From the NCBI GenBank assembly GCA_047601445.1, contig JASGJH010000001.1, forward strand, positions 1,472,001-1,536,000: a DNA stretch of 64,000 bases, in the 5' to 3' direction. The notes under the pieces were generated by a model that was given only the letters and a program-made list of their open reading frames with translations, was not told the origin of the DNA and searched no databases. The stretch is from Myxococcales bacterium (lineage in GTDB: Bacteria > Myxococcota_A > Polyangia > Polyangiales > DASUME01). The translations under genes were made by a program, and so were the position numbers. Shown here one piece after another: positions 1 to 11,194 of this stretch. Positions within the stretch are counted from its first letter, which is position 1. Each line of letters starts with the position of its first letter.

Positions 1-1053
1 GTCTCGTCCCCCATGCTGGCGTCCTGGCTCGAGCTCGCTCCGATGTCGCCCAAGGCGGGCGACATCCTGCGTGCACGCGTGCAGGAGCACCCGGACGATA
101 TGCTCGCCCAGCGCTGCCTCCAAAACGTGTTGCCCAAAGACGCGCTCCAGGCCCTCTGTACGCAGCAGCAAGCTCGCGCCGGCGCCGAGCCGGCCAATCA
201 CGACTGGCAGTACCTGGCGATTCGCTGCTTGCCCGACTCCCCGGAGCGCGAGCGCGCATTTCTAGCCGCCCACGCTGCGGCGCCCCAGCACCCGTGGTTG
301 GCCTGGGCTGCGGGTTCCTTCTTCGCGGACCGCGGGCAGTGGAAGGAGGCGTATGCGGCGCTGGCCCCGGCGCTCGCGAACATGCCTAGCGTGACACCCG
401 ACAGCGTGAGCATGGTGGCTCGCCTCGCCCGCGTCACGGGCCGACAAGGCGACCTGCCGGCGCTCGCCGCGCGGGCGCCAGAACTCGAGCGCGAACTCAC
501 ATGGGAACGGGGGAGCCCGGAGCTCGCGACGAGCCGCCTGCGAGCGTTCTCACAGCTCGCGCGCGGAGACCTCGAAGGAGCGCTGACGAGCGCACAGGGC
601 GACGCCCAGCTCGCGGACTACGTGCTGCGCCTGGCAGCGGCGTCCCGCGGCGCGAGCGATGGGCTCGTGCAGCGCGCGCTGGCGCTGCCACCCGATCGCG
701 GATTGGTCGCCGATTCGCTCTGGTCCACCTTGGCCCTGCACGTACGCCAGCGTCGCGATCTCACTCCATATCAGGACAAGATCGACAGCTTTGCCGGCCC
801 GCACGCGGCCACCATGCGCCGCATTTTGACGGCGGGCCTCGAAGGCATGGAGCCCCGTCACGCCCATGGTGAGGTCGAGTCCCTGCTGCCAGGACTGCCC
901 TTCGATCTTCGCGCGCATGCTCTGGTGATGGCGAGCGTGCTGCTCGATTACCGCGTGCCCGGCCCCTGGCTCAGCACGGCGAACGAGCTCCTCTTTGCGT
1001 CGGAGCGCCCCTTTCTGGGAGAATCGCTTGGGCCGACGGCGACCGGAAACTGA
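1..1053 (+). CDS. Hypothetical helical/TPR-like protein, 5'-partial
   Basis: Frame is open from base 1. Ala/Leu-rich helical repeats (e.g. AWAAGSFFADRGQWKEAYAALAPA). No recognisable catalytic motif. Confidence 0.6.
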   Translation, partial: VSSPMLASWLELAPMSPKAGDILRARVQEHPDDMLAQRCLQNVLPKDALQALCTQQQARAGAEPANHDWQYLAIRCLPDSPERERAFLAAHAAAPQHPWLAWAAGSFFADRGQWKEAYAALAPALANMPSVTPDSVSMVARLARVTGRQGDLPALAARAPELERELTWERGSPELATSRLRAFSQLARGDLEGALTSAQGDAQLADYVLRLAAASRGASDGLVQRALALPPDRGLVADSLWSTLALHVRQRRDLTPYQDKIDSFAGPHAATMRRILTAGLEGMEPRHAHGEVESLLPGLPFDLRAHALVMASVLLDYRVPGPWLSTANELLFASERPFLGESLGPTATGN

Positions 1054-1192
1054 TGCGACCGGCCACCGTGGGTCGTACCGCGCTCGCTTCGATACGGCCT
1101 CGCACGTGCTCGAACGGTCAGTTCGTGTCGAACTCGGGTTTGGCGCTGCCGCGTGCGCGCAGTGAGGAGTAGCTTCTGATGCGAGGGTTTGA

Positions 1193-2926
<1,734 letters not shown>

Positions 2927-3049
2927 CTGCCGCAGGCGGGAACCTTGCGAGCGTTCCGGCTCTATTTCGCCCGCGTTCGCGCGGACCGCGAGCCGGGAAG
3001 TCAGCGTTGAGAAGCGCCCTCCTCCGTGGCACCTCGAAGGAGGGGGACC

Positions 3050-3982
3050 ATGGAAACCGTCGTCACGCTGACCTTGAATCCAGCCGTCGACCTGAACACC
3101 ACCGTCGACGCCATGTTGCCCGAGCACAAGCTGCGCTGCCGCGACTCGCAGTACGATCCGGGCGGCGGCGGTCTCAACGTGGCGCGCGTGGTCCAAGCGC
3201 TTGGCGGTGAGGCGATCGCCGCCTGGACGCGCGGCGGTCCGACCGGCGAGATGTTGCACGCCCTGCTCGACGCCGAGAAGCTACGCCACGCGCCCTTGTC
3301 CATCGCCCAGCCCACGCGCGAGAGCGTGACCGTCACCGAGGCGAGCACCAACGCGCAGTATCGCTTCGTGCTCGAGGGCCCCACGCTGTCGGCAGCCGAG
3401 GCCGAGCGCATGGAGCGCTACGTCGCCGAGCTCGCGCCCACGCCAGACTACCTGGTGTTGAGCGGCAGCTTGCCCCCGGGCCTACCTGATGATTTCTACG
3501 TGCGACTCGCGCGCCGCGCCGGCGGTCGGACCCGGGTGATCGTCGACACCAGCGGGGCCGCGCTGGGCGCGCTCAAGGGCAGCCGCGTGTTCTTGATCAA
3601 GCCGAACCTGCGCGAGCTGAGCCTATTGGTGAAGCGTGAGCTCGAGACCCTGGCCGAGGTGGTGCAGGCCGCGCGCTCGCTGGTGTACGAGGGGACATCG
3701 GAGGCCGTGTTCGTCTCCATGGGAGGCCGCGGCGCGCTGCTCGTGACCCGGGATCGCCACGACGCCATCATGGCGCCTCCGGTGAAGCCCGCGAGTCGCG
3801 TCGGCGCGGGCGACAGCAGCGTGGGCGGCATGGTGGCGGCGCTCACGCGCGGGATGGACCTCTCGCAGGCCGCACGCTTCGGAGTCGCCGCCGGCTCCGC
3901 TTGCGTGATGACTCCGGGCACGCGCCTCTGCACACGCGCCGACACCGAACGATTGTTCCGCAGCATGGGAGATCCGTCATGA
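3050..3982 (+). CDS. pfkB: PfkB-family hexose kinase (6-phosphofructokinase II / 1-phosphofructokinase-like)
   Basis: [41 protein letters not shown]. Shine-Dalgarno (SD) AGGAGG lies before ATG 3050. Confidence 0.9.
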   Translation: METVVTLTLNPAVDLNTTVDAMLPEHKLRCRDSQYDPGGGGLNVARVVQALGGEAIAAWTRGGPTGEMLHALLDAEKLRHAPLSIAQPTRESVTVTEASTNAQYRFVLEGPTLSAAEAERMERYVAELAPTPDYLVLSGSLPPGLPDDFYVRLARRAGGRTRVIVDTSGAALGALKGSRVFLIKPNLRELSLLVKRELETLAEVVQAARSLVYEGTSEAVFVSMGGRGALLVTRDRHDAIMAPPVKPASRVGAGDSSVGGMVAALTRGMDLSQAARFGVAAGSACVMTPGTRLCTRADTERLFRSMGDPS

Positions 3983-5577
3983 GCAAGCTCGTTTACCTGG
4001 GCATTCAAGTCGCCGACGTCTTGCGCAACGTGCCGCCCGCCGTGCTCTACGGTGAGGCCCTCAAGCGCGAGAAGGGCTCGGTCATCGCGTCCAACGGCGC
4101 GCTGGTGGCGATGTCCGGAGAGAAGACCGGTCGCAGCCCGGGCGACAAGCGCGTGGTCGACGAGCCCGGCAGCAGCGCCGACATCTGGTGGGGACCGGTG
4201 AACATCAGGCTCGAGCGACAGAGCTTCGAGATCAACCGCGAGCGCGCCATCGACTACCTCAACACGCGCGACCGCCTGTACATCGTCGATGGATTCGCGG
4301 GCTGGGATCCCAAGTACCGCATCAAGGTGCGCGTGGTCTGCGCGCGCGCCTACCACGCGCTGTTCATGCACAACATGCTGATCCGCCCCACGCCCCAGGA
4401 GCTCGCGGACTTCGGCGAGCCCGACTACCACGTGATCAACGGCGGCGCCTTCCCTGCCAACCGGCTCACGCCCGGTATGACCTCGCGCACCAGCGTCGAT
4501 TTGAGCCTGGAGCAGCGAACTCTGGTGATCCTGGGCACGGAATACGCGGGCGAGATGAAGAAGGGCGTCTTCACCGTGATGAACTACCTGATGCCCAAGC
4601 GCGGGCATCTTTCGATGCACTGTTCGGCCACCGAAGGCAAAGACGGCGATACCTCGGTGATGTTCGGTCTCTCGGGCACGGGCAAGACCACGCTCTCCGC
4701 CGACCCCAAGCGCCGCCTCATCGGCGACGACGAGCATGTCTGGACGGACCACGGCGTGTTCAACATCGAAGGAGGCTGCTACGCCAAGGCCATCGATCTA
4801 AGCGAAGCGCAGGAGCCAGACATCTATCGGGCCATCCGCTTCGGCACCGTGCTGGAAAACGTGGTCTATGACCCCGACAACCACCACGTCGACTACGCCA
4901 ATGCGAGCATCACCAAGAACACGCGCGCGTCCTATCCCCTGGAGTTCATCGAGAACGTCAAGATCCCCGCCATCGGAGGCATCCCCAAGAACGTGATCTT
5001 CTTGACCGCCGACGCCTTCGGCGTGTTGCCGCCGGTGAGCAACCTGAGCGCGGCCCAGGCCATGTACCACTTCATGAGCGGCTACACGGCCAAGGTGGCT
5101 GGCACCGAGGTCGGCGTGAACGAACCCGAGGCAACCTTCTCGCCCTGCTTCGGCGGCCCGTTCATGGTCTGGCATCCCGCCAAGTACGCCGAGCTCTTGG
5201 CCGAGCGACTCAAGAAGCACGGCGCGCAGACCTGGCTCGTGAACACGGGTTGGTCAGGCGGCTCCTACGGGGTCGGCCGCCGCATCAAGCTGGCCCACAC
5301 GCGCGCCATCATCGACGCCATTCATGACGGCAGCTTGGCCCGCGCCGACACCTACGAGGACCCCATCTTCGGCTTCGCGGTGCCCAAGACGTGCCCGGAT
5401 GTCCCCGCCGAGATCCTGAATCCGCGCAACACCTGGCAGGACAAGGCGGCCTACGACGCGACGGCGCTGAAGCTGGCAGGCCTGTTCGTGGAGAACTTCA
5501 AGAAGTACGAAGCCGGGGCGCGCGCCGACGTCCGGGCCGCAGGTCCCCACGCGCCACGGGGCGCTGCGCTTCACTGA
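3979..5577 (+). CDS. pckA: Phosphoenolpyruvate carboxykinase (ATP)
   Basis: [59 protein letters not shown] overlap with the pfkB stop. Confidence 0.97.
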   Translation: MSKLVYLGIQVADVLRNVPPAVLYGEALKREKGSVIASNGALVAMSGEKTGRSPGDKRVVDEPGSSADIWWGPVNIRLERQSFEINRERAIDYLNTRDRLYIVDGFAGWDPKYRIKVRVVCARAYHALFMHNMLIRPTPQELADFGEPDYHVINGGAFPANRLTPGMTSRTSVDLSLEQRTLVILGTEYAGEMKKGVFTVMNYLMPKRGHLSMHCSATEGKDGDTSVMFGLSGTGKTTLSADPKRRLIGDDEHVWTDHGVFNIEGGCYAKAIDLSEAQEPDIYRAIRFGTVLENVVYDPDNHHVDYANASITKNTRASYPLEFIENVKIPAIGGIPKNVIFLTADAFGVLPPVSNLSAAQAMYHFMSGYTAKVAGTEVGVNEPEATFSPCFGGPFMVWHPAKYAELLAERLKKHGAQTWLVNTGWSGGSYGVGRRIKLAHTRAIIDAIHDGSLARADTYEDPIFGFAVPKTCPDVPAEILNPRNTWQDKAAYDATALKLAGLFVENFKKYEAGARADVRAAGPHAPRGAALH

Positions 5578-5583
5578 GGGCCT

Positions 5584-6180
5584 TCAGCGAGGGCGGGACA
5601 GTTCCCCGACGTGCTCGACGATGCGGCCCACCAGCCCGTACTCCATGGCCTCCTGCGCGCCGAGCCAGTGGTTGCGCGCGCTGTCACGGGCGATGCGCTC
5701 CGGCGTCTGCCCCGTGGCCCGCGCGAAGATGCTCTGCAAGCGCGTGCGCATCGCCAGCATCTGCTCCGCCTCGATGGCGATGTCGGCCGCCTGCCCCTGA
5801 TAGCCGCCGCTAGGTTCGTGCAAAAGAAAGCGCGTGTTCGGCAAGCACAGTCGTCGCTCACGCGGCACGGCGCAGTAGATCAAGGCCCCCGCGCTGGCCA
5901 CCCAACCGGTGCCCACGATGTGCACCTCGGGCTGGATGAAGCGGATCATGTCGTGGATGGTGTCCCCCGACTCCACGTGTCCACCGGGTGAATGCAGCAC
6001 GAGGCGGATGGGCTCCGACCCCCGCGCCGCGAGCGCCATGAGTTGCGCCGCGACCCGCTCGGCCAAGGCCGGCGTGACCTCCCCCACGATCAACACGCTG
6101 CGCGCCGCGAACAACGTGTCCGCGATCATCCCACCTGCCCGTGCCAGGGCCTCTGCCAAGTGCTCTGCCTGCTCGCTCAT
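5584..6180 (-). CDS. clpP: ATP-dependent Clp protease proteolytic subunit paralogue
   Basis: HSPGGHV, GWVASAG (Ser), FLLHEP (His), [18 protein letters not shown]. Confidence 0.9.
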   Translation of the reverse strand: MSEQAEHLAEALARAGGMIADTLFAARSVLIVGEVTPALAERVAAQLMALAARGSEPIRLVLHSPGGHVESGDTIHDMIRFIQPEVHIVGTGWVASAGALIYCAVPRERRLCLPNTRFLLHEPSGGYQGQAADIAIEAEQMLAMRTRLQSIFARATGQTPERIARDSARNHWLGAQEAMEYGLVGRIVEHVGELSRPR

Positions 6181-6302
6181 GCGATCCAGGCTGGCGCTCC
6201 ACGCCCTGCCTGACCATGTCCGGGACTCTCGGGCTTTTGTCCGAAGCTCTCGTTCTCGAGGCCGTGGCGAACTCACCCTGGACGCGCCACGCGGCGCGGC
6301 GC

Positions 6303-6728
6303 ATGGTCTCAGGCATGGCCCACCCACCGCGTTCCTCCGAGGCTCCCGCGCTGTACCTGGTCCGCACCCAACCCGTCCCCGATCCCATCACGCGCGCCGA
6401 GCAGCTCATGCGAGCTCGCCTCGAGCAGCGCTGGACGGTCAACCAACTGGCGCGCCAGGTGGGCATGTCTCGCCCCGTGTTCGCCCGCAAGTTTCGCGAG
6501 GCCACGGGCCTCTCTCCGCTGCGCTACCTCACGCAGCGCCGCATGGAGCGAGCGGCCGAGTTGCTCGTGCAGTCGGAGCTCGGTCTGTCTGCCGTCGCCG
6601 AGCACGTGGGCTACGTCTCGGAGTTCGCCTTCAACCGAGCCTTCAAGCGCTACCATGCCCTGGCGCCGGGCAGCTTCCGACGCAGGGCCCTGGAGCGCGG
6701 CATGTGGCCCAGCCTGCGCGCCGCCTGA
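6303..6728 (+). CDS. AraC-family regulator, HTH-only
   Basis: [28 protein letters not shown] and [19 protein letters not shown]. The start may be 6303 or 6315. Confidence 0.85.
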   Translation: MVSGMAHPPRSSEAPALYLVRTQPVPDPITRAEQLMRARLEQRWTVNQLARQVGMSRPVFARKFREATGLSPLRYLTQRRMERAAELLVQSELGLSAVAEHVGYVSEFAFNRAFKRYHALAPGSFRRRALERGMWPSLRAA

Positions 6729-6731
6729 GAT

Positions 6732-8102
6732 CTACTCCGCGAGAAGCTGGCTGTACGTGTCGTCCGCGCTCGGGCCATCCATGGTGGCGTCGGTCCACTC
6801 GTAGATGTAGTGCGTGCCGCCAAAGCTCGCCGGATCGGCCAGCACTTCGTGGGTGAAGAACCAGGCCGCCGCGTTGGTGCCCGGCGAGTCGAGGCCGTAG
6901 AGCTTGAGCACACGGGCGCGCGAGATGGGGTCGGTCACCGTCTCGATCACGAAGAAGTCGTGGTGCTCATCGAGGATCGAGTAGGGCGCCGTCACGATGG
7001 CCGGGTCGGCTTCCCCGGCCGCGCCGCGCCCGTAGAACCAAGCCGTGGCGCCGTCGAACTTGTTGTAGGACTTGGTCAGCTTGTTGCCTTCCAGGTAGCC
7101 CACGATGTGCTGTCCGAAGGGGCCGCCAAGCACCACCACAAGCTCGCCCGCGCCCACGACCGGCTGTCCGGTCTCCTGGTTCAAGGCGTTGGAGTTGGTC
7201 TGCTCGATGGTCTGCGACGGCGTCTCGTCCGAGCACAGATCGCCGAACGCAATGTAGAGGTCCTGGGCGCGCGCGTCGTCCGTGGCGTGACCATCCAGCA
7301 AGAAGGAGAACTTCACGGCGTCGCACACGTGCGCCACGGTGTTCTCGGTGCAGCTCAGCGCGCCGCAGAACTGGGACGCGTCGCATACGACGTTACAGCC
7401 CTTGCAGTTATCCGGATCGCGCTCGAGCACCGCGCAGCGCGTATCGCAGCAGTCGTAGCCCTCGGGGCAAACCTCGCCGCGGTCTCCACAGGTGGCGATG
7501 CATTGACGCGTCGAGCACACACGCCCTGGAGCGCACTCGTCGTCGGCCACGCACAGGGAGCAGTCTCCGTCGGGCTCGCAGATGCCGCTCGCGCAGCGAT
7601 ACATGTTGCAGCCGACCTTGCAGCTGAAGTCGCTGCCGTCGCAGTACTGCCCAACCGGACAATTGTCCTGGGGCCCCGGCAAGCACTTCACGCAGGTCTG
7701 GCTCTCGAGATCACAGCGTGGCTCTTCGCCGCTGCAGTGGGCTTCCTTCAAGCACTCGACACACAGATGAATGCTCGTGTCGCAATGCCCCTTGGCGCCG
7801 GTGCAGTGCTCGTCGGAGAGACACTCCGCGCAGGTCTTGTCGGGCAAACACAGTCCGGGGCCACAGCTATCGCAGATGTCCGGTACGGGGTCGTCGCCGT
7901 CCCCATCGCCATCGCCCTGCCCGTGACCGCCGTCATCACCCGGGCCCGCCTCGTGCCCGCCCACGGCGCCGTCGCGACCTGCGTCCTGCCCGCCATCAGA
8001 GTCCGTAGAGCCCCCCTCGGGAGTCGTCTCGTCGCAGCTCGCAAACATGCTGAAGAGGGGGAGCGCGGCGGCGGCGATCCACTGCTTCCTTCGCTCCAGC
8101 AT
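6732..8102 (-). CDS. Cys-rich lipoprotein with repeated ECLxDxHC/CVxC modules
   Basis: Signal peptide with lipobox MFASC, an acidic DGG/GDGDGD linker, many Cys repeats and a non-Cys C-terminal domain. Confidence 0.75.
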   Translation of the reverse strand: MLERRKQWIAAAALPLFSMFASCDETTPEGGSTDSDGGQDAGRDGAVGGHEAGPGDDGGHGQGDGDGDGDDPVPDICDSCGPGLCLPDKTCAECLSDEHCTGAKGHCDTSIHLCVECLKEAHCSGEEPRCDLESQTCVKCLPGPQDNCPVGQYCDGSDFSCKVGCNMYRCASGICEPDGDCSLCVADDECAPGRVCSTRQCIATCGDRGEVCPEGYDCCDTRCAVLERDPDNCKGCNVVCDASQFCGALSCTENTVAHVCDAVKFSFLLDGHATDDARAQDLYIAFGDLCSDETPSQTIEQTNSNALNQETGQPVVGAGELVVVLGGPFGQHIVGYLEGNKLTKSYNKFDGATAWFYGRGAAGEADPAIVTAPYSILDEHHDFFVIETVTDPISRARVLKLYGLDSPGTNAAAWFFTHEVLADPASFGGTHYIYEWTDATMDGPSADDTYSQLLAE

Positions 8103-8327
8103 CCTGCTTCTCCCTCGGCCGCGCGCCCCAATGCGTAAGCCCCATCTGCGATAGTACATACAGCGCGCGCGAACCGCGCCATTTCCCTGGCGTTAAAGCG
8201 TAAGAAGAGCGGACGCTGAGCAAAATCGTCCCAGGTGTGCAGAGGTGGGAGAGCACCGGCGCGCGCGGCAGAGGCGCGGCATTTCGTGCTGAATTTAGGC
8301 TATTTCTACCGCGAGTCGCAGCTTTGA

Positions 8328-8855
8328 CTACGCACGGAGCGCGCGCAGAAATGCCTCTTCGATCCCTCGATCGAAGGCCACCAGCATGACCTGCTCGAGC
8401 TCGGGTGAGAGCTCGCTGCAACGCTGGATCTCCTGCACCGCCACGCGACACGCTGCTTCGTGCGGATAACCGTAGACCCCGCAACTGATGGCCGGAAAAG
8501 CCACGCTACGAAAGCCGTGCTCTCGCACCAGCGCTAGACAGCTGCGATAGCAGCTCGCGAGCAGCTCGGGTTCTCCTCGGCTGCCCCCTTCCCAAATGGG
8601 TCCCACCGTGTGGATGACGTGGCGCGCCGGGAGCGCGAAACCCTGGGTCAGGCGGGCCTCACCCGTGGGACAGCGCACACCGGGGGACGCTTCGGGTAGC
8701 AGACGGCAGGCCTCGAGGAGTTGCGGCCCCGCAGCACGATGGATTGCCCCGTCTACCCCACCACCACCGAGCATGCGCTCGTTGGCGGCGTTCACGATGG
8801 CATCCACCGCGAGCTGCGTGATGTCCCCCAGCACGATCTCGAGCTGCGCCGTCAT
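8328..8855 (-). CDS. Macrodomain O-acetyl-ADP-ribose deacetylase (YmdB/MacroD-like)
   Basis: [46 protein letters not shown]. Confidence 0.95.
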   Translation of the reverse strand: MTAQLEIVLGDITQLAVDAIVNAANERMLGGGGVDGAIHRAAGPQLLEACRLLPEASPGVRCPTGEARLTQGFALPARHVIHTVGPIWEGGSRGEPELLASCYRSCLALVREHGFRSVAFPAISCGVYGYPHEAACRVAVQEIQRCSELSPELEQVMLVAFDRGIEEAFLRALRA

Positions 8856-8895
8856 GCCACCACCTGCGCCGCGTTATACCGCACGCGAGCGGGCG

Positions 8896-9501
8896 CTAGG
8901 TCGCCAGGTGATGGTGGTGGTGGTGCTCGAACGACTTGAGGCGCAGCGCCGATCCCGTGAGAGCCGCGCCGAAGATCAGCGCGTAGATGCCCGCCATCCA
9001 CACCAGCGTCGCGATCCCGATCCCGGGCGCCGCCAGGAGCAGAATCCCGAACAGCACCGACGCCCCGCCCGCAATCCACAGCGACCACTCTTTGATCCCC
9101 GTCTCGCGCCGCACGGTGTTGCCGGCGGCGATTTCGGCGCCGCCCGTGACGATGAAGCGCACGGCCACCATGATCAGCACGCCGAGCGCGAACTGCAGTG
9201 GCCGCCGGTAGGCCAGCATGCCCACCAGGATGCTCAGCGCTCCCTCGAGGAGGAACGGCCAATAGCGCTCTCCAGCGCGCGCCGCGCGGAAGCCGGCCAC
9301 CACGCTGAACACACCGTCGACCAAGAAGTACGCGCCTGCCGCCGCCAAGAAGGCCGCCATCGTGAGAGCCGGCCGCGTGAGCGCGAGCAAGCCCACTGCG
9401 ATGCCGAGCAAACCTCGCAGCGCGATGGCCCACCAGGCCTTGTGCATGAACGCTTCGACAAACTCCTGCTTGACCCGGATCGGTCCTTCTTCTCGCATCA
9501 T
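8896..9501 (-). CDS. HdeD/DUF308-family membrane protein with a C-terminal His6 tract
   Basis: WWAIALRGLLGIAVGLL, about six hydrophobic segments, GIYALIFG. Ends SFEHHHHHHLAT. Confidence 0.85.
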   Translation of the reverse strand: MMREEGPIRVKQEFVEAFMHKAWWAIALRGLLGIAVGLLALTRPALTMAAFLAAAGAYFLVDGVFSVVAGFRAARAGERYWPFLLEGALSILVGMLAYRRPLQFALGVLIMVAVRFIVTGGAEIAAGNTVRRETGIKEWSLWIAGGASVLFGILLLAAPGIGIATLVWMAGIYALIFGAALTGSALRLKSFEHHHHHHLAT

Positions 9502-9718
9502 GACGCCCCTCCCTTGCGTGGTGGCCCCCACGGCCCCGACTGGTAGGCAAAGTGGGTCCAGACGCCGCGCGAGAAAGCCCTGCGCAGCACGCAGACGGCA
9601 GCGGCGCGAGCTTTCAACGCGCGGTAGCGTGCCGAGTCGTTCGAATCCGCAGGGGAGTCGTGCTCTGCGAAGCAATCCGCCGGCCTTTTGTCGGTCGTGA
9701 GCGTCGTGGTGGACATCG

Positions 9719-9836
9719 ACTTTGACGGCCGCGGCGACGGTGTGCGTGATCGCTGCGATGGACGGTTGGAATCGCCGCCGTTGCTATGCCCTCAACGTGG
9801 GTCGCGCACGCACGCCGTCGCGGTCGCTGTCAAAGT
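9719..9836. repeat. Long imperfect inverted repeat (30-nt arms), rod-like hairpin
   Basis: 9719-9748 pairs with 9807-9836 on the + strand: 25 Watson-Crick pairs, 3 G.T pairs and 2 mismatches (counted by hand). Confidence 0.8.
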
Positions 9837-9903
9837 GGACGGCGCCGACCAAGTCCAGGGTCAACGGGTAGATTCCCAACGGCTGGCGAGCCTCCCGCAG
9901 ACG

Positions 9904-11127
9904 TCAGCGCCCGGCCAGGGCGTACGGCTGGTACACCGGCACCCCATGCGGCGTCGGCGCGCTGAACTCTCGGATGAGCCGGGCACGCCCGCGCCGCTGG
10001 GCCCAGCCGCGCAGCGACGGAGACAGCTGCTGCGCCAACTCGAACGGCAAGGCGACGGCCGCGATGGTGGGCGCGGCGTGCTTCCAGCGCGTGTCCGCGA
10101 TGCCCAGGGAATCCGAGGCGCGTTTGCCCAGAAAATAGCGACAAAATCCGATCAAAAAGTCCCCGATGTGGTCGCCGAACGGGCCGCGTGCCACGGGGCT
10201 CTCGAGCCAGTGCTGGGTCAGCGCGCTGGCCAGGGCCACACCGTCCGCATCAGGGCCGTCTTCCGTGACGTTGAAGATCCCGAGCAGCTCGAGGCCCTCA
10301 CGGAACGATTTGGGCACGAGCGCGTCGTCCACCCCGAGCAGGTAGCTCACGTAGCGCCAAAGGTGCATCACGGCCTCGCGTTCCTCGGCCGTGTCGATGC
10401 GACCGAGCGCGCAGCTGGCGCCCAGATAGCTCACGCTGAACTGGAGATGGGTGGCGATCAGGTCCCGTTGGTTGATCGGAATGCCCCACGGATCCACGCG
10501 CCAGTCCGGCGAGCGCAGCAGCGAGCGGCGCACCATCGCGTGCATCACGCGCACACGCACGCTGGTCTTGAAGCCCGCGCTCCCGCGGCCCATGTCGCCC
10601 GACGTGTACACGTCCAGGGTGAAGCGGGCCGTGGCATCGAGGCGCTTGGCGGCGAGCTCCGTGAGGGCCCCGGTAGCGACCAGCGGCTTGGTGGCGTACT
10701 TCGTCAGGTAACCGCTCATCAAGACGGCGCTGAGGGCGCACATCGCGTCGGTGCCGTGGCGCAGGACAGCGCGCGTGCCGAGCTCCACCTGACGGCGGTC
10801 GAGCCATGCGGGCTCCGCGTCGAGCTGCTCGAAGAGCGCGACGAGTTCGGGCGGCGCATCCGGGACGCTCGCGATGCCCTGCTCGAGCGCGCGCTCGAAG
10901 AGCGCCCTGCCCTCGCGCATGCCGTATCGGTGGAACGCCTCCACCAGGGCGTCTGCCAAGGGGTCACTCTCCATGCACGCGCGCTCGAGGCGCGTGATGC
11001 GCGGGTCGCTCGGGGCGATGCGGACGTCGAGCAGCCGCAGGGCCACGCCGAGACGCTCGGAGAGCAGGCTGCCCGGCGCGCGCTGACGTCGGAGGGAACG
11101 CTGTGGGCTCGGGCTCGAAGCGATCAT
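9904..11127 (-). CDS. MpaB/DUF2236 (Lcp-fold) oxygenase family protein
   Basis: DPLADALV, PAWLD..QVELG, RLDAT, RVRVMHAMVR (putative heme His), WGIPINQ.D, HLWRYVSYLLGV. Confidence 0.88.
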   Translation of the reverse strand: MIASSPSPQRSLRRQRAPGSLLSERLGVALRLLDVRIAPSDPRITRLERACMESDPLADALVEAFHRYGMREGRALFERALEQGIASVPDAPPELVALFEQLDAEPAWLDRRQVELGTRAVLRHGTDAMCALSAVLMSGYLTKYATKPLVATGALTELAAKRLDATARFTLDVYTSGDMGRGSAGFKTSVRVRVMHAMVRRSLLRSPDWRVDPWGIPINQRDLIATHLQFSVSYLGASCALGRIDTAEEREAVMHLWRYVSYLLGVDDALVPKSFREGLELLGIFNVTEDGPDADGVALASALTQHWLESPVARGPFGDHIGDFLIGFCRYFLGKRASDSLGIADTRWKHAAPTIAAVALPFELAQQLSPSLRGWAQRRGRARLIREFSAPTPHGVPVYQPYALAGR

Positions 11128-11159
11128 GGTGGCTCCTTGGGGCTTGCACTCAGGCTAAA

Positions 11160-11175
11160 CCGAGCAAATGCTCGG
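11160..11175. promoter_or_regulatory. Candidate TetR operator
   Basis: Perfect inverted repeat CCGAGCA-AA-TGCTCGG in the short gap between the divergent oxygenase and tetR genes. Confidence 0.65.
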
Positions 11176-11194
11176 ATCTACTCGGATTCGAGAA

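Noticed and set aside
8328..8855. Macrodomain as an antitoxin or defence gene
   Set aside because: It is an ordinary YmdB/MacroD type, with no ADP-ribosyltransferase, sirtuin or other defence gene adjacent.
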